Source: Planctomycetota bacterium
GTDB lineage: Bacteria; Planctomycetota; UBA1135; UBA2386
Direction: 5' to 3'
NCBI GenBank assembly: GCA_046290465.1
Contig: JBKAGP010000001.1
Coordinates: 2,976,001-3,040,000, forward strand
DNA length: 64,000 nucleotides
Shown piece after piece: positions 26,936-35,757 of this stretch (positions are counted from its first letter, which is position 1; each line of letters starts with the position of its first letter). Below the pieces are notes generated by a model. It did no database searches. It was not told where the DNA came from and was given only the letters and a program-made list of their open reading frames with translations. The translations under genes were made by a program, and so were the position numbers.

Positions 26936-29900
26936 CAGTCTTCACCTTCTGGGGTTAGGCGTGGCCCACCGGCCAACGCAGGTTGCAATTGGTCATCCTC
27001 CTGCTCGTCAGGCAGGAGTTGCTTACGAATGTGCTCGATGTCTTCGTCCCGTACGGTCTCGCTGGCTAGCCTCTCAGCCTCTGCACGTCCAAACCGCCAG
27101 AACAGGCCAGGCATCACCAAGAAGTCGAGTAGCGTGTTCGTGACGAGGCCGCCGATGATCACGGTCGCCACCGGGTACAGGAGTTCTCGGCCAGGTTGAT
27201 CGGCAGCAAGTGCTAGCGGTACGAGGCCGATGCCGCTTGTGAGCGCGGTCATCAGCACGGGTACGATTCGTTCCTGTCCAGCGCGCACAAGCATCTCTAT
27301 GGAGAACGACTCGCCCTCCTCACGCATCAAGTGCATGTAGTGATCGACTAGCAGGATTGCGTTTCGAGCGGCTACGCCGAGCAAGGCGATGAAGCCAACG
27401 AGCGTCGCAACCGACATCACTTGCCCGCTCAGCACCACATATGCACCAGCGCCGATGAACGCCACTGGTCGAGTAAGCAGCACAAGCATCGCTAGCCGCA
27501 TGGACCGGAAGTGCATGTAGAGAATCAGCACCATCAAAACGATCGACAGCGCGCTCAGCGACATGATCAGTTGCGTCGCCTCTTGCTGTGCCTCGAACTG
27601 ACCGCTGATTCGAATTGTGTAGCCGGACATGGCCGCGAGCTTCTCGCGTACAGGCTCCAGCGCCGCGGTGACCTCGGTGACGACCTCGCCCAGTGAGCGC
27701 CCTCCTACGTTGTGCTGGACCACGATCCGGCGCTGCACATTCTCTCGGTTGATGTTGTTCGGAGTCTTCGACACCCGGACATCGGCAACGTCGGCGATTC
27801 GGACCAACGACGCGTCTCCGCGCCGCAAGTAGAGGCCTGCCAGTTGGGAGAGGTTCTGTCGGTCCTCCTCTCGCAAACGCACCTTGATCGGGTAGGCGAT
27901 CTGGCCGACCTGCAGTCGGGAGACCTCCTGACCTCCCATGGCAAGTTCGACAGTCTCCGCTAGTGTGTCGACACCGATGCCTTGGCGCGCGAGCTCGGTA
28001 CGCCGCGGCTTGACCTCCACTTGATCGATGAGCACTTGTGGCTCGGTGTAGAGGTCCCGAACCCCATCGATCGCCTTGACCTTGGCTTCGACCTCGGCCG
28101 CTGTGTCCCGAAGAACGTCAAGGTCCGGGCCGGCGATTTTGATCGCGACCTGCGCCGTGACGCCCGAAAGTAGGTGGCTTAGCAAGTGAGCGAGCGGTTG
28201 CTCTGCTGAATACGCCACGCCCGGGAACTCGTAGGACATCTTGTCGCGAATCTCTTCGATGACCTCCTCTCGAGACCGAGTCGAGTTCGGGTCGAAGTTC
28301 ACGATTGCTTCGCTCACACTGACCGGCATCGCGTGCTCATCCTGCGGAGCCCGACCGGTTCTTCGAGCCACGCTGCCGACGCCCTCGATGTCTTTGATCA
28401 GATCCTCCATGCGGCGGCCGAATCGGTCAGACGTTTTCAAGCTCGCATCGGGAGGAAGCACGATGTTCACCTGGGCCGTTCCTTCGTTGAACGGCGGCAA
28501 GAACGTCGACCCTGTGTTCATCAACAGAGTTCCGACGATCAGGAACGCAACGACGCATACCGCAAGGATGCGTTCCACGTGTCGGGTGCTGACGTGCACA
28601 CCAGAGGCCGCGGCAGCACGCAAGCGCGTGACCAACCAGCCGCCGTATCTCTCTTCGGAAGCTTGCTGTGCGCGTCGCCCCAGGAGGTAGTAGCAAAGCA
28701 CGGGCGTGACCGTCAGGGCCACGAGGGTCGACGCGAACACGCTGATAATGTAAGCAAGCCCGATTGGAGCGAAGAGCCTTCCCTCGATGCCACTCAAGAA
28801 GAACAGGGGCAGGTAGACGACTGTCACGAGAAGGGTGCCGTACATGACGGGCTTGCGAACCTCGCTCGATGCCACGAACAGAATCCAGAGCACGGGTTCC
28901 TTGCGCTCCCTGCGCGAGTTCTCGTGCAGACGCCGAAACACATTCTCCACGTCGACGATTGCGTCGTCGACGAGTGTCCCGATGGCCACGGCGAGACCAC
29001 CGAGGGTCATCGTGTTGATCGTCAGCCCGAATGCGGCGAAGACGAGTGAGGCGATCGCGACAGAGAGCGGAATCGCGGAGAGCGTGATGAACGTTGTCCG
29101 GAAGTTCAGCAGGAACAGGAACAGAATGATGACGACGAGGATGGCACCGTCCCGCACCGCCTCGAGCACGTTGTCGATGGCGCGCTCGATGAATGCGGCT
29201 TGCTGAAACACTCCGTCGTCCACGACGACGTCCTTCGGTAGCTCTCGCTGAATCTGCCGCAGCTCTGCGTTGACACGCTCGGTCAGTGCCAGAGTGTCGA
29301 TACCAGGCTGCTTCATGATCACCATCACGATGCCTGGCTCTCCGTTGATCCCGGCAGTGCCCGTCGGAATTGCCGCAGGTCCGAAGACGACATCCGCAAC
29401 GTCTTCGATCCGAATCGGGCGAACCGGGTCTTCTCGCACTACGGCTCCGGTCAGCTCCTCGGGTTTCTCCAGGAGGCCCGAGACAGCCACGAGGGGTCCC
29501 TTTGCACCAATGTTAAGGAAGCCGCCTGCCACATTGATGTTCGCACCCTCCGTGGCTTTCGCGACTTCCTGCAGGGTTACGTCGAACACACGGAGCTTGT
29601 CTGCGTCGACGACGACCTGCAGCTCCGATGGCTGGCCGCCAATAGTGATGACCTGCGCGATACCTGAGAGGGACAAGATCCGAGGTCGAACGTCTCGGTC
29701 GATCGTGCGGCGCAGCTCGAGGATGTCGGTCTCCCCGGTCTTGCTCTGAAACCCGATCATCTGCACCTGCCCCATGATGCTGCTGATCGGGGCGAGGATC
29801 GGCTGGACGTCGGGCGGCAATGCCGGTACCGCACTCTGGAGTTTCTCGGCAACGATCTGCCGGTCCAGGTAGATATCGGTTCCCCAGTCGAACTCGACGT

Positions 29901-30180
29901 AGACAACGGAGAGACCGAGCCCACTTGCAGAGCGTACTCGGAACACCCCCGTGGCACCGTTCATCACCTGTTCGATGGGCCAAGTGACGAGCCGCTCCAC
30001 GTCCTCGGGCACCATGCCGTGGGCTTCCGTCATGACCGTGACGATTGGTCGATTCAGGTCTGGAAGCACGTCGATCGGCGTATTCGCGGCCTTGAACAAC
30101 CCATACCCGCCAACCAACAGAGCAAAGAGAAGTACGATGGCGCGATTGGCCAAAGCCGCTGCGATGATTCGATTCAGCAT
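26935..30180 (-). CDS. CzcA/CusA-family heavy-metal RND permease
   Basis: PIDVLPDLNRPIVTVMTEA, MTLGGLAVAIGTLVDDAIVDVEN, FLPPFNEG, PVLMTALT. Confidence 0.93.
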   Translation of the reverse strand: MLNRIIAAALANRAIVLLFALLVGGYGLFKAANTPIDVLPDLNRPIVTVMTEAHGMVPEDVERLVTWPIEQVMNGATGVFRVRSASGLGLSVVYVEFDWGTDIYLDRQIVAEKLQSAVPALPPDVQPILAPISSIMGQVQMIGFQSKTGETDILELRRTIDRDVRPRILSLSGIAQVITIGGQPSELQVVVDADKLRVFDVTLQEVAKATEGANINVAGGFLNIGAKGPLVAVSGLLEKPEELTGAVVREDPVRPIRIEDVADVVFGPAAIPTGTAGINGEPGIVMVIMKQPGIDTLALTERVNAELRQIQRELPKDVVVDDGVFQQAAFIERAIDNVLEAVRDGAILVVIILFLFLLNFRTTFITLSAIPLSVAIASLVFAAFGLTINTMTLGGLAVAIGTLVDDAIVDVENVFRRLHENSRRERKEPVLWILFVASSEVRKPVMYGTLLVTVVYLPLFFLSGIEGRLFAPIGLAYIISVFASTLVALTVTPVLCYYLLGRRAQQASEERYGGWLVTRLRAAAASGVHVSTRHVERILAVCVVAFLIVGTLLMNTGSTFLPPFNEGTAQVNIVLPPDASLKTSDRFGRRMEDLIKDIEGVGSVARRTGRAPQDEHAMPVSVSEAIVNFDPNSTRSREEVIEEIRDKMSYEFPGVAYSAEQPLAHLLSHLLSGVTAQVAIKIAGPDLDVLRDTAAEVEAKVKAIDGVRDLYTEPQVLIDQVEVKPRRTELARQGIGVDTLAETVELAMGGQEVSRLQVGQIAYPIKVRLREEDRQNLSQLAGLYLRRGDASLVRIADVADVRVSKTPNNINRENVQRRIVVQHNVGGRSLGEVVTEVTAALEPVREKLAAMSGYTIRISGQFEAQQEATQLIMSLSALSIVLMVLILYMHFRSMRLAMLVLLTRPVAFIGAGAYVVLSGQVMSVATLVGFIALLGVAARNAILLVDHYMHLMREEGESFSIEMLVRAGQERIVPVLMTALTSGIGLVPLALAADQPGRELLYPVATVIIGGLVTNTLLDFLVMPGLFWRFGRAEAERLASETVRDEDIEHIRKQLLPDEQEDDQLQPALAGGPRLTPEGED

Positions 30181-30192
30181 CTGCCATCCCTC

Positions 30193-31818
30193 CTAGTGGT
30201 TGTGACCCGCATGAGCGTCGACCGCATCGCCGCTCTTCATGGCGAGCCCGAGCTCGAACGCTCCGGACATCACCACAGGATCGCCCGGGAACAGCGCGAC
30301 TTCCTTCGAGGCTGGAACAACCACGACTTCGTGATCCTGGTACGCCACGACAATCGGCACCGGCTTGAAGCTGTCGCCGTCTTGGAGGAAGACAACCTTG
30401 TTCGGCCCGTCTTCAGTTACAGCCGAAGCAGGTAGCACGTACACGTTCTCCATCTTCTGCGTGGGCACGTTCAGCAGATAGCGCAGCCCCTCGCGCAGCT
30501 TCCACGTGCGAGATTTCCGACCGCCGCCGCGGTCGATCTCAGACTGCGGTGTGTTAGCGACCTCAACGAAAGCGAGTGTGCCCTCGTTCTTGGTGGAGCT
30601 CTCGACGTAGCTGATCCGAAGCCCCTCGAGGACGGGCCCGGACCCCTTTACGAGTGGCGTCGCAGTGATGCTGTGGCCATCTCCTGCCGCAGCAAGCACC
30701 GACGCCACTTCTCCTCCAACGGGTTCAGTGCGCAACAGCAGACGCCGCGGGTCTCGCAGGACGATCAGCGCTTGACCTTCGCTGACCTTTGCTCCGCGCT
30801 TCACCTGCACATCGAGGACGTCCCACGTCCCGTCGTTGGTCGGGGCTTCGACACGAACGACAGGCTCCAAAGCGTTGAGTTTGTGGAGTCGCTTGAGGTC
30901 AGCAAGTGTGTGTCCACGCTGCAACAACACGCCGATGTCGAGAAAGTGTTGGGCAACGTCTTCTGACTTGACCCACTCCGTGAGCTCATCGGTCGCAAGA
31001 CCGCTCGCGGCGAGTTCACCGACAGTTGCAGTTGCCCAAGGTAGTTCGCGAATCGCTTCCGGAAGAACTGCGTTCAGCTTCTGCGCCGCCGCGGGCCAGA
31101 GCCCGTTCCTCGCTAGCGCACGCTGCCAAGTCTCTTCCGTGAACTCGGGCAGAGTCGCCCCTCCCTCAACATCGCGAATCTGCTCGTCCGAGAGCCCGTG
31201 CTTCTGAAGCTCCAGCCGAGCCTGTTCGTGTTCTTTCGTCGATCTCGAGAGCTGGTAGCGCAGATCGATAGCGCGCTGCCGCGGGAGAATGGGAAGCTCA
31301 CGCCCCCCGACGTTGCCGGTGAACTTCTCCACGCGCTTGAGCTCTGTGCTTGCGATGCGCACGTCCTCAGCAGACTTGCGCAGAAGCAACACGTTCTCAT
31401 GCAGACGCTCTTGGGCCGGGCGCAGCACATCGGCGGTCAGCGTTAGCGTTGGACGGGGAAGAGGATCACGCACCAACGTGACCACTGTTTTCTCCGGGGC
31501 CACGATAGTACCGGGTTCCACCTCGATGCTCTCGACGCGGCCACCAATCGGTGCAAACACCGGCTGCTCGGTGGAGGGCGTATCGACGATCACGGCCGCA
31601 ACGGAGGCCTTGCGAAAGTAGGTCGACGGCTCAACCTCCTCGATACGAATCCCTAGGTTCGTAATCGTTGCAGCCGGAAGATGCGGCCCGTGACTTGCGG
31701 CGCCCGCATCTTCTGCCGGCTTTGCCGCGTCACCTCCAGCTACCATTCCGCCAGTAAGGAGCCCTGCGACGGTGCACAAGGCGGCCACAACGGTGATCTC
31801 CCACCTGTGCTTTCTCAT
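30193..31818 (-). CDS. Divergent RND periplasmic adaptor
   Basis: N-terminal TM, biotinyl-like segments (APIGGRVESIEVEPG), YVLPASAV, C-terminal DAHAGHNH; lies between TolC and the RND gene. Confidence 0.8.
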   Translation of the reverse strand: MRKHRWEITVVAALCTVAGLLTGGMVAGGDAAKPAEDAGAASHGPHLPAATITNLGIRIEEVEPSTYFRKASVAAVIVDTPSTEQPVFAPIGGRVESIEVEPGTIVAPEKTVVTLVRDPLPRPTLTLTADVLRPAQERLHENVLLLRKSAEDVRIASTELKRVEKFTGNVGGRELPILPRQRAIDLRYQLSRSTKEHEQARLELQKHGLSDEQIRDVEGGATLPEFTEETWQRALARNGLWPAAAQKLNAVLPEAIRELPWATATVGELAASGLATDELTEWVKSEDVAQHFLDIGVLLQRGHTLADLKRLHKLNALEPVVRVEAPTNDGTWDVLDVQVKRGAKVSEGQALIVLRDPRRLLLRTEPVGGEVASVLAAAGDGHSITATPLVKGSGPVLEGLRISYVESSTKNEGTLAFVEVANTPQSEIDRGGGRKSRTWKLREGLRYLLNVPTQKMENVYVLPASAVTEDGPNKVVFLQDGDSFKPVPIVVAYQDHEVVVVPASKEVALFPGDPVVMSGAFELGLAMKSGDAVDAHAGHNH

Positions 31819-33272
31819 CTCTCTACTCCTTGTTCTTCGCTTGCGTTGTCTTTGATGAGCTCTCTTGGCGGCGTACGACCGCCTGCTTCAGGGTCCGAAC
31901 CGAATCGGACTAGAGGCATTCCGACTGCCTTCTCGAGGTCCGACCACGCCAAGTGCTGCGCAAGCCGAGCCTCGAGGACTTCGACTTGCACCTGTCGAAG
32001 GCTGCGTTCGGCGTCAATCAACTGAAGTGCACCGGCGGCGCCAGCAGCGAGTGATTGCTCCGCAATTCTGACGTTGGTCTGCGCGGCCGGAAGCACCTCG
32101 TCACGGAGAATTCGGTGCTGTGCCGATGCGAGTTCGACAGTTGCGCGCGCGCGTTCGACTGCGTTCAAGACCCGATGTGCCTCGCTTTCATAACGTGTAC
32201 GAGTCTCTTCTCGGAGCTTGCGGGCCTGGGCAATCGCTTGCTGGTTGCGGTCGAAGATTGGGAGTTCTATGCCCAGGCTCAGACCGAGGATCGTGCCCCG
32301 CTCACCTGTCTCTCCCCCGATGGATGGCCCAAAGACAAGATCAGGGTATTGCCTGACCACCTCAAGATGCAGCTGGCGTTCAGCGACCTCGTACTCAGCG
32401 CGAATACGGAACAGGCGTGGGTGCTCGTTCACAACCAACTCATGCAAATCCTCGGCGCCCGGAACCTGTGCAGGAAGCTCGGGCAATGCCTGCTCGGGCA
32501 GCACTCCCAATCGCGATGCACGGATGGCCACAAGCTGCGACATATCGGCCGCAGCATTGACTCGGTCCAATCGAGCTCCAAGCACGCGACTGCATTCCCG
32601 AGCATGCTCGAGCTGAAATAGGGAGACATCGAGCGCTGTCGCACCACCGGCAACGACCAGGTCGTTGACGACAGTCAACGAGGCTCGAGCAGCCCCCAGC
32701 ACGGACTCACGCACCAACGCGCGTTTCTCGGCAACGGCAAGGCGAACGTAGGCCGCGCGAAGATCCAGATAGAGTTCCCTGAAGGTCGCGAGCGCTTCGG
32801 CGCGAGCCGCCCCTGCCAGAGCCGCGTTCACGTCGTCCTGCCTTCCCAGTCGCCCACTGATTGGAATCGTGAGCGTGAGCCCGCCGAAGGGAACGACTTT
32901 GTTGATCGGGTCTTCCCGCCCGAAGCCAAACTCGGGTCCCGCGTAGATCCCAGGGTTCGGCCACGGTGTCGAGACCCTAGCCTTGGCAGCAGCTGTGCGA
33001 TAGCGAGCTATTGCTTCTTGCACTCGGGGACCACGCTCGCGGAGCCACTGAGCTGCCCTGGAAAGAGTCAGCTTTCCCGGCTTCGCATCGGCCGACGGAC
33101 CCTCCCGCTCGTTCGAGAGGACAACGAGTTCTTCCCGGAGAATAGGGTCGGGTTCGTAGGATTGCGTAGCGCAACCCGACAACGTGAATGCGAGCCCTAC
33201 CGAGAGCGCAACGCGCCTCGGTGATGTGATGTTCTGCACCGCCCTTGGGACGGATTTACTTCGTGATTCCAA
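31815..33272 (-). CDS. TolC/CzcC-family outer membrane efflux lipoprotein
   Basis: Lipobox LSGC, PWPNP, ELPIFDRNQQAIAQA; TTG start with AGGAGG RBS. Confidence 0.9.
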   Translation of the reverse strand: MESRSKSVPRAVQNITSPRRVALSVGLAFTLSGCATQSYEPDPILREELVVLSNEREGPSADAKPGKLTLSRAAQWLRERGPRVQEAIARYRTAAAKARVSTPWPNPGIYAGPEFGFGREDPINKVVPFGGLTLTIPISGRLGRQDDVNAALAGAARAEALATFRELYLDLRAAYVRLAVAEKRALVRESVLGAARASLTVVNDLVVAGGATALDVSLFQLEHARECSRVLGARLDRVNAAADMSQLVAIRASRLGVLPEQALPELPAQVPGAEDLHELVVNEHPRLFRIRAEYEVAERQLHLEVVRQYPDLVFGPSIGGETGERGTILGLSLGIELPIFDRNQQAIAQARKLREETRTRYESEAHRVLNAVERARATVELASAQHRILRDEVLPAAQTNVRIAEQSLAAGAAGALQLIDAERSLRQVQVEVLEARLAQHLAWSDLEKAVGMPLVRFGSDPEAGGRTPPRELIKDNASEEQGVER

Positions 33273-33275
33273 ACT

Positions 33276-33337
33276 GTCCTCCTGAGGTTCTCAAGACGCC
33301 ACCGACATGGCGGCGCACTCATGGAACTCAGGAGAAC
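33276..33337 (-). promoter_or_regulatory. RBS-sequestering mRNA hairpin filling the intergenic region
   Basis: In the mRNA, GUUCUCCUGAG (first nt after the upstream stop) pairs with CUCAGGAGGAC, which contains the tolC Shine-Dalgarno; inner stem CGCCGCC/GGUGGCG. Confidence 0.65.
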
Positions 33338-33835
33338 TCAGATCAGAAGGACGACAGACCGCCGCAGCTCAAGCTGCTGGCTCGGTCTGTGACGTGCGGC
33401 GTCTACCCACGACTCCACCAGCACGCAGTCGCGGTCAGGCCAGAGGCCTCCACGCCCCCATCTCGTTGACGGCAACGGCGGCAGATCATGCCCGTCCAGG
33501 TCTCCTATCGCCGCTGCAAGCGGCGAACCGGAACTGGACTCCCTGACTACCTCCGAACAGTCAAGAACCAGGTCATCGCACGGTGGGTGCTCTGCATCAA
33601 CTACCTGTGACGGCGCAGAATGCGCCGTCATCGAATGCGCCGTGTCGTGCTGGCAAGGGCACGGAGTCACGGAGTCACCGGTTCCGACCGATGGCACACC
33701 GACGCCCAGTCCAAGATGACCATCATGGCCCAGGCACACCGTCACCCCACTTGCCGGGACCAGGGCGATGAACACGGCAACCAGCAGGCTTAGCCAAGCC
33801 GCCGCGCGCTGCGTGTGGGAGCCCATGGTCATCAT
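33338..33835 (-). CDS. Cys/His-rich exported small protein upstream of the efflux operon (CzcI/DUF2946-like leader candidate)
   Basis: Signal/TM segment; VCLGHDGH, CPCQH, HPPCDD; ends RRSVVLLI. Confidence 0.65.
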   Translation of the reverse strand: MMTMGSHTQRAAAWLSLLVAVFIALVPASGVTVCLGHDGHLGLGVGVPSVGTGDSVTPCPCQHDTAHSMTAHSAPSQVVDAEHPPCDDLVLDCSEVVRESSSGSPLAAAIGDLDGHDLPPLPSTRWGRGGLWPDRDCVLVESWVDAARHRPSQQLELRRSVVLLI

Positions 33836-33923
33836 CTCAGTTTAGGCATCGGGCACCTTCCCGACAACAGTTGAGTACATTTCGGCCTATCGTAGCGGAA
33901 GTCCGACTCCCAAGCCGCAGCAG

Positions 33924-34306
33924 ATGCCCGCTCCGAAGCCCCCCGGAGTTCTTCACGACCGCCATCACCAAGGCGCGCGCGGCCGGCAAGCCGATCGTGA
34001 TCGACTTCTGGGCTGAGTGGTGTGGACCGTGCAAGCAGCTAAAGAAGATCACGCTGGCGGAGACAGAGGTCGCAAAAGCCCTCGACGGTGTCGAGCTCAT
34101 ACTCGTAAGACCTCGACAAGAACCCGGAGCTTGCCAAGGCCTTCGGAGTAAAGGGTATCCCCGATGTGTTCTTCATCAGCACCGAGGGGTTGGTCGTCGA
34201 CAAGCTGCGGAAGTTCGAGGAGGCCAAACCGTTCCTCGCGCGCCTGAAGGCACTCAGTAAGAAGCCCGCGCCACCCCCGGTCAAGCAACCGGAGAAGGGG
34301 AAGTAG
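33924..34306 (+). pseudogene. Thioredoxin-family protein, frameshifted
   Basis: KPIVIDFWAEWCGPCK in one frame; an extra A at 34107/8 shifts to DLDKNPELAKAFGVKGIPDVFF...TAG 34306; a second probable +1 lies in the C6 run near 33939. Confidence 0.8.
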
Positions 34307-34587
34307 CGAAGTAGCCGCGCGGCGGAGTTCCACGCTCAGTTGCCCCTGGGCCTTGCCTCACCGCAACCGCGGCGTGCCAGAGGTGGGCGAACAAGGGAAC
34401 CTCCATGGAGCGACCCACGCCGTCTCGTGTGCCAGTTTAGTGCCGACAATTCGCCCCGCGCATGCCCTCAGGTGTCCCCATCCTCATCACAAGTCGGTTC
34501 ATCTTGGTGATCGCAGGTCGTGCTATTGTCTTGACTTGACCGCGTCCGACCGCGATCGCCCTCACCTGCCCCCGGACCGTCAGACGC

Positions 34588-34634
34588 GCTTCCCAAGCTG
34601 AATGTCGTCGGTTCGATCCCGATCACCCGCTCCA
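34588..34634 (+). mobile_element. 3' fragment of tRNA-Gly(CCC), probable att site (island boundary)
   Basis: GC-TTCCCAA-GCTGA-ATGTC-GTCGG-TTCGATC-CCGAT-CACCCGC-T-CCA covers the anticodon loop, T-arm, 3' acceptor strand and CCA; no 5' acceptor strand or D-arm upstream. Confidence 0.85.
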
Positions 34635-34653
34635 TTCGCCACCCAACACCCAG

Positions 34654-35757
34654 CTACAGCCAGCTTGAACTCCCGAGCGGCGACACATCGTCGCGCACTG
34701 GTCGCATGACCTTGCCGACGAAGGGCGAGGTCATCGCCCGCAGCAGCGCGCTGTAGTTCGGCTCGAACCGGATCTCGGCTCCGACGGGTAGCAGTTCGCG
34801 CCCGGAGTGCACAATCAGATGGTCGCTGCTGGCACCCGAGATCTCGATTCCCCGTGGCGGATGCAGGCCGTCGGGATCCACGTCCTGCCGCCCGACCGCC
34901 AGGATCGCCTGCGGCACGAGCCCGCGATCCCCGGGAACCGGCACTTGCCCGAACGCTGCCTGCGCAGTCACGCCGGCCGGCCGCGACGACTTGATCTTCG
35001 ACTCGATAACTTCGGCGACCAGCACGATCGCGTCGGTATGGAGTCCCTGGATCGGCCGCCGATCCAATGGGTCTCGCCCCAGCAGGATGGCTTCGCCAAG
35101 ACGGAGGTCGTTGATCCTGCCGCAGTCCGCGCCTCCGAGCGCCCACCGGAGGTTCGCGGAGTTGCCACCGGAGACGATGCCGATCGTCAGCCCGAACGTC
35201 GCCTCGATCGAGTCCGCCAGTGCGGAGAGTCTGCCCATATTCTCCGAGTCTGGGATCACACCATATCGACATGCCAGATTCGCACCGAGACCCTCGAACG
35301 TGATCGAGGGCAGGCGCAGCGTCTCGCCGACCATGCGCTCTAGATCCGCAGGCATGATTCCCTCACGGAGGTCGCCGAGTTCGACCATCAACACGACCGC
35401 GTGCTGCTTGCCGGAAGCTTCCGCCGCCGCCGAGAGCTGCGTGATCACTTCGAGTTCGGTGTTGAAGCTCGAGTCTGCGCACGCGACCACTCGAGCCGCC
35501 TGGCTCATCATCGGCGATCGAATCAGGGTGAGCGACGCCGGCGCCTTGCTGCTGCGAAGCGCCTCGATGTTCTCGATCCTCGAGTCCCCCAACGAGCGAA
35601 CACCGGCACGCGTGAAGGCGTCGGCGATCGCCGGAGAACCGAGCATCGCCTTCGTAACACCGGTAATCGAGACCCCGCGCGTGCCGAGGGAGTGGACCAG
35701 GGCGCGCGCATTCTCGTGAATCTTGTCTAGGTCGATCTCGACGCGCGGCGCGCTCAC
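34654..35757 (-). CDS. Alanine/ornithine racemase-family PLP-dependent enzyme
   Basis: GVTKA (PLP Lys), DSRIENI, ELGDLREG, SGGNS, LRLGEAILLG, GASSDH. Confidence 0.88.
   Translation of the reverse strand: MSAPRVEIDLDKIHENARALVHSLGTRGVSITGVTKAMLGSPAIADAFTRAGVRSLGDSRIENIEALRSSKAPASLTLIRSPMMSQAARVVACADSSFNTELEVITQLSAAAEASGKQHAVVLMVELGDLREGIMPADLERMVGETLRLPSITFEGLGANLACRYGVIPDSENMGRLSALADSIEATFGLTIGIVSGGNSANLRWALGGADCGRINDLRLGEAILLGRDPLDRRPIQGLHTDAIVLVAEVIESKIKSSRPAGVTAQAAFGQVPVPGDRGLVPQAILAVGRQDVDPDGLHPPRGIEISGASSDHLIVHSGRELLPVGAEIRFEPNYSALLRAMTSPFVGKVMRPVRDDVSPLGSSSWL

Noticed and set aside
34561..34634. Intact tRNA-Gly gene
   Set aside because: No 5' acceptor strand (GCGGGTG) or D-arm upstream of the anticodon loop; only the 3' half is present
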